A DNA stretch of 55,949 nucleotides from a bacterium (GTDB lineage Bacteria > Patescibacteriota > Minisyncoccia > Phycocordibacterales > Phycocordibacteraceae): positions 1 through 55,949 of the forward strand of contig JAHFMM010000001.1 in NCBI GenBank assembly GCA_023264495.1, read 5' to 3'. Below, piece by piece: positions 17,643 to 26,454 of this stretch (within the stretch, counting starts at the first letter, position 1; each line of letters opens with the position of its first letter). A model generated the notes under the pieces. It did no database searches and had not been told where the DNA came from. It was given only the letters and a program-made list of their open reading frames with translations. Position numbers and translations under genes: made by a program.

Positions 17643-18909
17643 CGCTTTCTTGCATAAAGTAAAGATTGCCTTCAGCGACCCTGAGATACGCGCCCGCATC
17701 CTCTTCATCCTTGGAGCGCTTGCCGTCTTCCGTCTGCTCGCCGTCATCCCGATACCGGGAGTTGATAAGACAGCACTCGCTGCTTTCTTTGCCAACAATC
17801 AGTTTTTCGGACTTTTGAATATCTTCTCGGGCGGCGGGCTCTCGCAGCTCTCGATTGCTATGCTCGGAGTCGGGCCGTATATCACGGCTTCAATCGTCAT
17901 GCAGCTCGCGACTATCATCTTCCCGCAAGTGAAGCAGGCCTACTTTGAAGAAGGAGAGGCCGGGCGCGCGAAGTTTATCAACTGGAGCCGCTTGCTCACG
18001 ATCCCGGTAGCGTGTATATCGGGCATCGGTTTTCTCTTCCTCCTCCAGGGGCAGCATGTCATCGGTCAGTTGGGTGCCGTTGCGCTCATCGCGAATATCG
18101 CGCTCATCGCCGCCGGCTCGATGCTCCTCATGTGGATCGGCGAGCTGGTGACGGAGTTCGGTATCGGTAACGGCGTCTCGCTCATCATCCTCGCCGGCAT
18201 TCTCTCGAGCGTCCCTACAAATATCTCGCACAGTTTGTTTGCGGCGACAGCAGCAGACGTCCCGTCATATCTCGCCTTCACGCTCCTCGGGCTCGCGATG
18301 GTGTATGCGGTCGTAGTGGTGTCGGATGCCGAGCGTTCGATACCGATCGCCTATGCACGCGCGATCCGCGGCGCGGCGCTCGCACAAGGAGCGGCGACCT
18401 ATCTCCCGATTCGCCTCCTTCAGGCGGGGGTGATCCCGATCATTTTCGCACTCTCGCTCCTCCTTGTGCCGCAGATGGCACTCTCGGTACTCTCGACACT
18501 TCATGTTTCATTTGCTACCCCTGCCGACCTCTGGTACACCGCTTTCCTCTCGAATCCGTGGAAGTACGGCACCGTCTATTTCTTGCTCGTTATCCTTTTC
18601 ACCTACTTCTACACTGCCGTCACCTTTGAGCCGAAGCGTGTCGCTGAGAATCTCCAGAAGACCGGCGCCTTCGTCCCTGGCGTGCGTCCTGGCCGCGAGA
18701 CAGAAGAATATATCGCGCACGTGGTGAATCGCATCACTCTTCCGGGTGCCTGCTTCCTCGGCTTTCTCGCAGTCTCGCCATCGGTTATCCAGGGTCTTAC
18801 GGGCATCACCACCATCGTCCTCGGTGGCACCGCACTCCTCATCGCGGTGCAAGTCACTCTCGATCTCGCACACAAGATCGACGCACAAGTTTCTCTCCGC
18901 GAGTACTAG
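17635..18909 (+). CDS. secY: preprotein translocase subunit SecY
   Basis: Multi-pass membrane protein with SecY motifs (FRLLAVIPIPG, SIFALGVGPYITASI-like). ATG 17635 overlaps the rplO stop. Confidence 0.95.
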   Translation: MTSAFLHKVKIAFSDPEIRARILFILGALAVFRLLAVIPIPGVDKTALAAFFANNQFFGLLNIFSGGGLSQLSIAMLGVGPYITASIVMQLATIIFPQVKQAYFEEGEAGRAKFINWSRLLTIPVACISGIGFLFLLQGQHVIGQLGAVALIANIALIAAGSMLLMWIGELVTEFGIGNGVSLIILAGILSSVPTNISHSLFAATAADVPSYLAFTLLGLAMVYAVVVVSDAERSIPIAYARAIRGAALAQGAATYLPIRLLQAGVIPIIFALSLLLVPQMALSVLSTLHVSFATPADLWYTAFLSNPWKYGTVYFLLVILFTYFYTAVTFEPKRVAENLQKTGAFVPGVRPGRETEEYIAHVVNRITLPGACFLGFLAVSPSVIQGLTGITTIVLGGTALLIAVQVTLDLAHKIDAQVSLREY

Positions 18910-19043
18910 GGATTTAGAGAACTGTGGATAACGTTGCAGCGCGTGGAATTTAGGTGTAATCTATGACGCATGGGGCAAATCCGTTTTAAACGGGCTTGCC
19001 CCCTTGCCTATTAACTAGAGATAGAGAATGAAGGAGGTGTGCC

Positions 19044-19247
19044 ATGAATAACAAACAGTTAACGGCGATGATTGATGCGACTGGAGTAACTGTCGCATGT
19101 TTCTTCCAAGAAGTCGCCTATGAACTTGGGGGAAGCAGTAGCGCTATGCTGGATGAGTTTGAAATGGGACGCGTCCCTCAGGTAGCGCAAGAATACATTG
19201 AGCGTCATGAAAATGCGCAAAATAGAGGAGTTCGTGTGTGGTACTAA
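19044..19247 (+). CDS. hypothetical small protein (67 aa), possibly HTH-like
   Basis: Strong SD AAGGAGGTG 4 nt before the ATG, with an intrinsic terminator right after the stop. Family not recognised. Confidence 0.45.
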   Translation: MNNKQLTAMIDATGVTVACFFQEVAYELGGSSSAMLDEFEMGRVPQVAQEYIERHENAQNRGVRVWY

Positions 19248-19258
19248 ACCACACACAT

Positions 19259-19287
19259 AAAAAGGCCGAGCAATCGGCCTTTTTTTA
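19259..19287 (+). terminator. intrinsic terminator
   Basis: AAAAAGGCCGAGCAATCGGCCTTTTTTT. Confidence 0.65.
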
Positions 19288-19293
19288 TTGATA

Positions 19294-19321
19294 TTGCACA
19301 TTCTTGCACATCCCGTAGACT
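19294..19321 (+). promoter_or_regulatory. putative promoter of adk (leaderless)
   Basis: TTGCAC, 16-nt spacer, TAGACT (19316-19321). The ATG follows 6 nt downstream. Confidence 0.4.
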
Positions 19322-19327
19322 CAGAGC

Positions 19328-19894
19328 ATGAACGACACACGAACTATCTTTTTTATCGGCAAACCAGGATGCGGGAAGGGGACTCAGGCATCATTTCTTT
19401 CTGAAGTTACAGGGTGGGAAGTTATATCAGCGGGGAAACAGTTCCGCTCAATCGCAAGCGAGGAGACCCCAGTCGGACATAAAGTGAAATCGGAAATCGA
19501 TGTCGGCATTCTCGCGCCGCATTGGTTCGCAATGTATCTCTATTTGAAGTCTCTCTTCGGGGTTAAGGAGGGTGCGAGTATTATCTTTGATGGATTCAAC
19601 CGTAAGGTTCCCGAAGCAGAATTGGTGATCAGTTCGCTCACATGGCTTAATCGTCCATTTATCGTTATCGAGATTAAAGTTTCTGATGAAGAAGTCGAGC
19701 GCCGTCTCGCGAAGCGTAAAGGGATCGAAGGTCGTGCGGATGATTCGGCAATCGATGAACGCTTGAAGGAATACAAAGAATATACCGAGCCGGCGATTGA
19801 AGTCTTCCGTATGGCGGGTACGTTGGTAGAGATAGATGGGGAGCGAACACCAGAAGAGATTGCCGCATCGATTCGCGAAGCACTCGCGCTCTAA
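19328..19894 (+). CDS. adk: adenylate kinase
   Basis: P-loop GKPGCGKGTQ in the conserved position after secY. Confidence 0.9.
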   Translation: MNDTRTIFFIGKPGCGKGTQASFLSEVTGWEVISAGKQFRSIASEETPVGHKVKSEIDVGILAPHWFAMYLYLKSLFGVKEGASIIFDGFNRKVPEAELVISSLTWLNRPFIVIEIKVSDEEVERRLAKRKGIEGRADDSAIDERLKEYKEYTEPAIEVFRMAGTLVEIDGERTPEEIAASIREALAL

Positions 19895-19895
19895 G

Positions 19896-20660
19896 ATGAT
19901 TGTTACCACTGGAGCGGAGAAAGAAATCCTTATCGAGGGCGGGCGCCACCTCGCGGCGATACTCGCGGCGCTTCGGGCGCGAGTCGCTCCGGGCGTGACC
20001 ACTGAAGAGCTCAATGCTCTTGCTGAAGAGATGATTCTTGCGGAGGGCGATGAGCCAGCCTTCCTCGCCTACACTCCCGAAGGCGGTGGACGCCCCTACC
20101 CAGCAACACTCTGTGTGTCTATCAATGATGATGTGGTGCATGGTATCCCAAACGAGCCGATTAAGACGCTTCGCGAGGGCGACATCGTCAGTCTCGACCT
20201 CGGGCTTAGACACAACGGCATTATTGTTGACTCGGCTGTCACGGTCGCAGTCGGTGCAGTAAGCGAGGAAACGAAGAAACTCTTGCGCGCGACCGAGGCG
20301 GCACTTGCGGCGGGGATTGCCGCCGCCATCCCTGGGAAACATGTCGGCGATATCTCCCATGCGATTCAAAAAGAAATCGAGGGAGCAGGATTCACGGTGA
20401 TTAAAGAGCTTGGCGGGCACGGGGTTGGCGAGCTTGTACACGAAGAGCCGTTTATCCCGAACTTCGGCAAGCCTGGCGAGGGTGAGCCGCTTATCGAGGG
20501 TATGGTGCTCGCGCTCGAACCGATCTCAAGCGCGGGCAAGGCGGCAGTCACCATTGCGCCAGACGGGTACACCTTCCGCACGAAAGACGGTTCTCGCTCC
20601 GCCCACTTCGAGCACACCATCTTGCTCGAACGCGCCGGAGCGCGTATCATAACAGCATAG
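19896..20660 (+). CDS. map: type I methionine aminopeptidase
   Basis: Metal-ligand context (VVHGIPN, DIVSLDLG, GHGVG, LALEP, HFEHT). The ATG at 19896 was chosen. Confidence 0.93.
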   Translation: MIVTTGAEKEILIEGGRHLAAILAALRARVAPGVTTEELNALAEEMILAEGDEPAFLAYTPEGGGRPYPATLCVSINDDVVHGIPNEPIKTLREGDIVSLDLGLRHNGIIVDSAVTVAVGAVSEETKKLLRATEAALAAGIAAAIPGKHVGDISHAIQKEIEGAGFTVIKELGGHGVGELVHEEPFIPNFGKPGEGEPLIEGMVLALEPISSAGKAAVTIAPDGYTFRTKDGSRSAHFEHTILLERAGARIITA

Positions 20661-20692
20661 CCCTAGCGGGGATTTTATTTTTAAAAAACTGT

Positions 20693-21301
20693 ATGGCACA
20701 TCCGAAAGAAGAACAGTCACTCGTTATTGTGAAGCCTGATGGCGTACAGCGTACGCTCATTGGCGAGATTATTAAGCGGTATGAACAGCCGGGCTTCAAG
20801 CTTGTTGCGATGAAGCTTCTTGTTCCTACCTCCGAGCAGGCGAAGGCGCACTATATGACTGGTGGCGAAGAATGGCTTGAGATGGTCGGCACCAAGGCCG
20901 CTGCGGCCTATGAGAAGAAGGGTCTCAAGTCTCCCTATGCAACTCCGCGCGAGAATGGTATGGCTATCCTTGAGGCAAATGCGAAGTATCTCTCATCGGG
21001 TCCTGTTGTCGCGATGATCTGGCAAGGGGCTCATGTTGTCGAGATCGCACGCAAGATTACCGGAGCGACCGAACCGCGCTCTTCTGAGATGGGTACTATT
21101 CGTGGCGACTTTGTCATCGACTCATATATGATGGCAGACACCGATAATCGTTCGATTCGGAACCTTATCCACGCTTCTGGTGCGCCCGAAGAGGCAGCAC
21201 AAGAGATCCCGATCTGGTTCGATGAGAAAGAGATCTACAACTACCGACTCGTAAACGAGGAGATTCTCTATGGAGATATGGACGGTATCTTGTCGGTATA
21301 G
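20693..21301 (+). CDS. ndk: nucleoside diphosphate kinase (long form, 202 aa)
   Basis: SLVIVKPDGVQRTLIGEIIKR...NLIHASG, with an internal insertion and a C-terminal extension. Confidence 0.85.
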   Translation: MAHPKEEQSLVIVKPDGVQRTLIGEIIKRYEQPGFKLVAMKLLVPTSEQAKAHYMTGGEEWLEMVGTKAAAAYEKKGLKSPYATPRENGMAILEANAKYLSSGPVVAMIWQGAHVVEIARKITGATEPRSSEMGTIRGDFVIDSYMMADTDNRSIRNLIHASGAPEEAAQEIPIWFDEKEIYNYRLVNEEILYGDMDGILSV

Positions 21302-21483
21302 TTGTCCACAACCGTCCCTTGGAGGAGGAGTATACTGATAGATGGAGCTGTTCTTGAAAACGCAACTTGCTTCTCCCAAGGGAAAATGAGCATTAAGGTG
21401 CCTTGGTGAATCCCGCAAGGGAATCCGATAGACGCCGTTACTCTTCCCACCTGGCATATTAAGTTGCCAGAGAGGACAGTTCC

Positions 21484-21520
21484 GCACAAACCCGCCATAG
21501 TGGCGGGTTTGTGCGTCTTG
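21484..21520 (+). terminator. hairpin terminator closing the ndk-downstream structured spacer
   Basis: GCACAAACCCGCC-ATAGT-GGCGGGTTTGTGC, the same stem family as 1208-1230. Confidence 0.55.
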
Positions 21521-21536
21521 AGTATACTGTGGCTAT

Positions 21537-23156
21537 ATGCCACCGAAACGATTTGAAGGGAAGTTCGGGATACCTTCTTCGCATACGATTGACTCGCAGC
21601 TCACCTCAGCGCTGTACCGGCTCCCTGAGTCGATGGACTCGAAAGAAATAGGGGAACAAGTAGAAAAGATTTCTGCACTCGTCAATAAGCAGATTGAGAC
21701 GAATCATCTCGAAGATAGTGAGAAGCGAGGCGAACTGCTTTCTCAAACAGAAAAACAGACGCTCTATCTCAAGCTTGCCCGTCACTATGAGGATAACGGC
21801 GAGTCGGCGCATATCGACATCTCCACGATGGTAGACGCTCTCGTCGAATCGCGGCGCTTCTTGCAGAGCGATCGAGGAAGTATCGGGAAACTCTTCGAGT
21901 TGCATGAGATGAAGACGCTCCAACGCATCGCTGAACTGCGAAGAGAGCGGGCTGAAATGACTGGCACAGAATCCCTCAACCCCTATGAGAATCTCCTCGA
22001 GACCAATGATGGGAAATATTATCTCGCACGGCTCCTCAATATGCCTCACCTCGAAACAGAGTCCAAGTATCTCGGGCATTGCGTCGGCACCAGCACGAGC
22101 TATATCAACAAGATGAAGAAGGGCGATGTCGAGATATTCTCCTTCAGAGATACACAGACGCATGAGCCGCTCATAACTATAGAGTACGACACGAAGTCGC
22201 ACCGCTTGTTGCAAGTGAAGGGAGTCGATGATTATATACCAAAGCTTTTCGATTCGTATTCGAGCGACCTCATCGAGACCATCGAGCGCTTGCCCGAGAC
22301 CGTGAATGACGAAGGCGAGCCGCGACTCGTCTCAAGCACTGAGGCGCGAGACATGAAGCAACTCGCTGGTATCAGAGACAAGACGGCAGACAAAACATCT
22401 CTTGATAGAACAGAACTTCGTTTTCTCTATGAAGTCGACGCACCGATACAGCGTTTTGATACAGAACCAGATCCTCTCATCAAGACACTCCTTGATGCAC
22501 GGGATACCACTACCGACCTACCCATCATCTTCGACTGCACACCCGAACAGATCGCCCACTCCATTTCAGAAATAACTCCCGACACAAAGGCCTATGTCGG
22601 CCCGCTTGAGAAGGGTATCTTCGACGCTCTCTCGCCCGCTCTCGAGCACGTGTATACGAAGTTCCCTGAAGGTCGCGTCAAGTTCCACTCCATCGAGCTC
22701 GGCACCGGCATCGAGAGCGGCCCGGCATTTGAGCAAGCGATACGTGATAAGGACATGGAGGTAGGTGGTTACGCAAAGCATCTCCTGGAGAGTCCCGACT
22801 TCAAAGTTGTAGGCGAACACACCAACGCTGATCTTGTTGAAATGTCAGTCGCCGCACTCGGATTCGACAGATCAACACGCTACGACGCTATCTGTGCACG
22901 CGCCCTCGAGCTCGGCCTCGAGCTCTGCCCGGCTGAAGTCGGCCCGCAACTCCGCCTCCAATACACCGATCAACCAATGAACAGTTATCTGCGAATCGCA
23001 ATGAAAGCTATTAGCGACCGCGACGGCGACCCGCGCTTCTTCCGCGTGGATCGCGATGACGTCGGCCTCTGGCTCTACACGGACTACGGGAAGCCCTTCT
23101 ACGTTTGGGGTACTGACTTTCGCTTTGTGTTCCTCCGTCCCCGCAAGGCGCTTTGA
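21537..23156 (+). CDS. large hypothetical protein with a PcfJ-like central motif
   Basis: ESKYLGHCVGTSTSYINKMKKGDVEIFSFRD resembles the PcfJ-like (PF14284) HC motif. The C-terminal approximately 300 aa are unrecognised. Confidence 0.6.
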   Translation: MPPKRFEGKFGIPSSHTIDSQLTSALYRLPESMDSKEIGEQVEKISALVNKQIETNHLEDSEKRGELLSQTEKQTLYLKLARHYEDNGESAHIDISTMVDALVESRRFLQSDRGSIGKLFELHEMKTLQRIAELRRERAEMTGTESLNPYENLLETNDGKYYLARLLNMPHLETESKYLGHCVGTSTSYINKMKKGDVEIFSFRDTQTHEPLITIEYDTKSHRLLQVKGVDDYIPKLFDSYSSDLIETIERLPETVNDEGEPRLVSSTEARDMKQLAGIRDKTADKTSLDRTELRFLYEVDAPIQRFDTEPDPLIKTLLDARDTTTDLPIIFDCTPEQIAHSISEITPDTKAYVGPLEKGIFDALSPALEHVYTKFPEGRVKFHSIELGTGIESGPAFEQAIRDKDMEVGGYAKHLLESPDFKVVGEHTNADLVEMSVAALGFDRSTRYDAICARALELGLELCPAEVGPQLRLQYTDQPMNSYLRIAMKAISDRDGDPRFFRVDRDDVGLWLYTDYGKPFYVWGTDFRFVFLRPRKAL

Positions 23157-23214
23157 CCTTCTGACACTTAGGACTTTTGCATTTGGCACTGAGACACTTT
23201 TGACCTTTGACCTT

Positions 23215-23247
23215 GCCTGCCGATAGGCAGGCTCCGCGATTTTTTTG
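23215..23247 (+). terminator. possible terminator after the PcfJ-like gene
   Basis: GCCTGCC-GATA-GGCAGGC, with a T7 run 8 nt downstream. Confidence 0.4.
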
Positions 23248-23379
23248 CTACCATAGTGTGAGTCGGTGAATAGCCACCGGCGACGATTGGAATGTTTAAC
23301 TCTTCCTACGTTGCCGGCTACCGACTAAGTATCCGTACATCGAGAGCGCGACCGACCACGGTTTGTCGCGGAGTGGTGT

Positions 23380-23670
23380 ACGAAACTCAAAAAGTTGGTG
23401 ATACTTGGTACAGCGTGCTCGTGGACTAGAGCCTCTTGTGGCCCGAGGTCCCGCAGACTAGCTACGCCTACAGCTCCAAGATCGGCACAAGCCTTCAAGG
23501 GGTGGAGACATGGATGGCATGCTGTACATAGCGACCGCGACGGCAACCCGCACGTCTTCAACGTGAATCGCGATGACGACGACCTCTGGCTCAACACGAA
23601 CAACGGGAAGCCCGACAACGAGTGGGGTACTGACTATCGCTTTGTGTTCCTCCGTCCCCGCAACTCTCAC
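23380..23670 (+). pseudogene. decayed duplicate of the 3' end of the PcfJ-like gene
   Basis: 23528-23665 aligns with 23013-23150 with mostly identical bases by eye (DRDGNPHVFNVNRDDDDLWL..WGTDYRFVFLRPR versus DRDGDPRFFRVDRDDVGLWL..WGTDFRFVFLRPR). Upstream homology is broken by indels and a TAG. Confidence 0.55.
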
Positions 23671-23727
23671 CAGCTTGTAAAAGCGAAACTGCCCTTACGG
23701 GCGGTTTCGCTATGGTACATTGCATGT

Positions 23728-25149
23728 ATGGCACTACGACTAACCTCATACGGCGGAGCAGGGAAGGTGACGGGCTCTAATTTTTTAATCGAAGGCACCA
23801 AGGGAAGGGTACTGGTCGACTGCGGCATCGAGCAGGGTGCCGATGTTGCTGAAGCAGAAGCATATGGGCCTTTCCCTTACGAAGCAGCCAGCATCGATGC
23901 TCTTGTTATTACTCATGCGCACCTCGATCATATAGGGCGTATCCCCAAGCTCGTGAAGGACGGCTTCCGTGGGAAGATCTACATGACACCCCCGACGAAA
24001 GATCTCGCCGAACTTATCTTGAACGATTCGGTTACGATCCTTGGGCAAGACGCAGCACGCCGTGGCGAGAATCCGCTGTATGAGAGCAAGGATGTCGCAC
24101 ACACCTTCGCGCTTATTGAGACACTTGAGTATCATGTTGAGAAAGAAGTTGCGCCGGGTATTTCGATCTATCTGCGCAACACAGGCCACATCCTCGGTTC
24201 GGCGAGCGTGCGCATGACGGATGAGGATGGCACGACACTTGCGCTCACGGGCGACATTGGCAACTCACCATCGCCGCTTCTCCCTAATTGGGAGCCGATC
24301 ACTGATGCCGATGCGCTTCTTATGGAGAGTGTGTATGGCAATCGACTTCATCCGGCGCATACTGAGCGGGTTGCGAGGTTGCGTGACGTATTCAAGCATG
24401 CCATCGAGCGAGGCGGCACCATTCTTGTCCCTGCCTTCTCGCTTGAGAGAACGCAGCTTATGCTCTATGAGCTATCCAATTTCTTTGAAGCAGGAGAACT
24501 TCCACGCATCCCAGTCTATCTCGACTCCCCGCTCGCAATCCATGTGACTGCGGTCTATGAGAAATGGGGGCCGACTTATTTCAAGCCAGAGGCTGAAGAA
24601 GAGATGAAACGCGAAACAAGCCTCTTCGACTTCCCATTTCTCACCAAGACGCTCTCGCATGAAGAATCGGCAAAGATTGAAGAAGTGAAAGGAACGAAGA
24701 TTATCATCGCCGGCGCCGGCATGAGCCACGGCGGCCGCATCGGACGATGGGAGGCTGAGTATCTCCCAGACGCTTCGACCACTCTCATAATCGTAGGCTA
24801 CCAGGCACCGGGGAGCCCGGGGCGGCGGATGGCCGAAGGCGCTCCCTCAGTGCGGCTCAATGGCCGCGATGTCATCAACAAGGCGCACGTAGAGATTCTT
24901 GAGGGATGGTCAGCGCACGCCGATCGAGACCAACTTCTCTCGTTTGCCGAGAAGGCGCTTGCCGGGAAGCGTACCAAGGCGATCTTTGTCGGCCTCGGCG
25001 AGCCAGCCGCAGAACGATTCCTCGCACAGCGCATCCACGACTATCTCCTGCCGCAGGACTCCCGAAGGGGAGTAAGGCGCCGCGTCATTATCCCCGCACT
25101 CGGTGAGACGTGGGAAATCACGAAGGAAGGAGTAAAGAATTTGTCATAA
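23728..25149 (+). CDS. MBL-fold beta-CASP hydrolase (RNA-metabolising type)
   Basis: VITHAHLDHIGRIP and GWSAHADRDQLL motifs. The ATG at 23728 was chosen inside the 23395..25149 ORF. Confidence 0.8.
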   Translation: MALRLTSYGGAGKVTGSNFLIEGTKGRVLVDCGIEQGADVAEAEAYGPFPYEAASIDALVITHAHLDHIGRIPKLVKDGFRGKIYMTPPTKDLAELILNDSVTILGQDAARRGENPLYESKDVAHTFALIETLEYHVEKEVAPGISIYLRNTGHILGSASVRMTDEDGTTLALTGDIGNSPSPLLPNWEPITDADALLMESVYGNRLHPAHTERVARLRDVFKHAIERGGTILVPAFSLERTQLMLYELSNFFEAGELPRIPVYLDSPLAIHVTAVYEKWGPTYFKPEAEEEMKRETSLFDFPFLTKTLSHEESAKIEEVKGTKIIIAGAGMSHGGRIGRWEAEYLPDASTTLIIVGYQAPGSPGRRMAEGAPSVRLNGRDVINKAHVEILEGWSAHADRDQLLSFAEKALAGKRTKAIFVGLGEPAAERFLAQRIHDYLLPQDSRRGVRRRVIIPALGETWEITKEGVKNLS

Positions 25150-25152
25150 CCC

Positions 25153-25380
25153 ATGAATCCGAAACCAGGCGTTTACGAGCATTATAAAAACAGTAATCAC
25201 AAATATCGCGTAGTCGGCGTTGCGAAGCATAGCGAGACGCTCGAAGATCTGGTCGTCTACGAGGCGTTGTATGAGAATGAATCCGCGAAACTTTGGGTAA
25301 GACCCATCGAACTGTTCCTTGGAGAAGTTGAAGTCAACGGCACAATGGTTCCCCGGTTCAAGTATCTTGATGGAAAATGA
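25153..25380 (+). CDS. DUF1653 family protein
   Basis: GVYEHYKN..YRVVGVAKHSETLEDLVVYEALY...WVRP pattern. Confidence 0.7.
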   Translation: MNPKPGVYEHYKNSNHKYRVVGVAKHSETLEDLVVYEALYENESAKLWVRPIELFLGEVEVNGTMVPRFKYLDGK

Positions 25381-25391
25381 GGCAATGAAAG

Positions 25392-25841
25392 TTAAGGAAC
25401 AAGACCAAGCTTCTCAGGCACCAATTTCTCATTGTGCTCGATGATTCTTTTTAGATAGATACGATTCTTTGATATAAAGTTGCCGAGATAGGGTGAAAAG
25501 GGTAGTCGCAACAGATCGTCAAATGCAAAGAATCTCATCTCTTGCCCTTCGTCGCCGAACTTGAGTTTCTCGACCTCCTCTTCTTCCAAACGAACGAGAT
25601 AGCGTACCACAGTTCTCTTGTCATCGAAGGATTCAATGCCCATGCGGAGTATCGTCTTAGGAATCATGCCGATCTCTTCTGTCAACTCTCTCTTCAGCGC
25701 AGTATCAAAATCTTCTCCTTTCTCGACACCGCCACCAGGCAAGTTCCAGGTATTGGGGTAGGGGATTGTCGGGACGTCATCTCTTAAGATAAGAAGCATT
25801 CTACCCTCATATATGACGAACGCTTTGACACCAATATTCAT
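25392..25841 (-). CDS. NUDIX hydrolase
   Basis: Nudix box GGGVEKGEDFDTALKRELTEEIG. TGATAAACT lies 8 nt before ATG 25841. Confidence 0.85.
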   Translation of the reverse strand: MNIGVKAFVIYEGRMLLILRDDVPTIPYPNTWNLPGGGVEKGEDFDTALKRELTEEIGMIPKTILRMGIESFDDKRTVVRYLVRLEEEEVEKLKFGDEGQEMRFFAFDDLLRLPFSPYLGNFISKNRIYLKRIIEHNEKLVPEKLGLVP

Positions 25842-25894
25842 TGTATACCAGTTTATCAAAAACGAACCCTCAATTTGGAGGGTTCGTTTTGAGT

Positions 25895-26242
25895 TTACAC
25901 GACCTGCTTGCTGATGCGCTCGAAGACTTCGGGGTGTTCGGAGGCGAACTCGGCAAGGACCTTGCGATCGAGAGCGAAGTTATTTTTCTTGAGCTTCGCG
26001 ATGAAGGTGCTGTATGACTTGTGGCCGGTAGCGCGGACCGCAGCATTCAAGCGGACGATCCAGAGCTGGCGAAAGGCCGTCTTCTTATCCTTGCGGTGAG
26101 CGAAGGCGTAGCGGCCAGCGCGCATGAGCGCCTCATGAGCAAAGTTCTTCTTCTTCGAACGTACGCCGCGATAGCCCTTCGCGCGCTCGAGCATGTTGTT
26201 GCGCTTCTTGAGTGCCATTACGCCGCCTTTGATTCTTGTCAT
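25895..26242 (-). CDS. rplT: 50S ribosomal protein L20
   Basis: MTRIKGGVMALKKRNN...L20 sequence. Confidence 0.95.
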   Translation of the reverse strand: MTRIKGGVMALKKRNNMLERAKGYRGVRSKKKNFAHEALMRAGRYAFAHRKDKKTAFRQLWIVRLNAAVRATGHKSYSTFIAKLKKNNFALDRKVLAEFASEHPEVFERISKQVV

Positions 26243-26253
26243 ACGAAAATTAA

Positions 26254-26454
26254 TTACGCAGTTGTTCTAGTAGTGCTTGGCAGGAAGCGGCGTTGCACCT
26301 TCGCGGTGAGCGAGAGTGTTACCGAGCGTCGCTTGCCCGAGCGTTTTGAGCCGCTCTGCTTTGCATTGAAATGGTTCTGGCCCGGCTTGCGCGCGACAAT
26401 CTTGCCATTACGCGTAACGCGGACTCTCTTGGTGTATGATTTGTTGGTTTTCAT
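26254..26454 (-). CDS. rpmI: 50S ribosomal protein L35
   Basis: MKTNKSYTKRVRVTRNGKI...typical L35. Confidence 0.9.
   Translation of the reverse strand: MKTNKSYTKRVRVTRNGKIVARKPGQNHFNAKQSGSKRSGKRRSVTLSLTAKVQRRFLPSTTRTTA

Noticed and set aside
23395-23727. N-terminal extension of the beta-CASP hydrolase (584-aa ORF)
   Set aside because: The extension starts at TTG and has a non-protein-like composition. Its only meaningful part is a relic copy of the upstream gene's tail. The conserved MBL fold begins right after ATG 23728.
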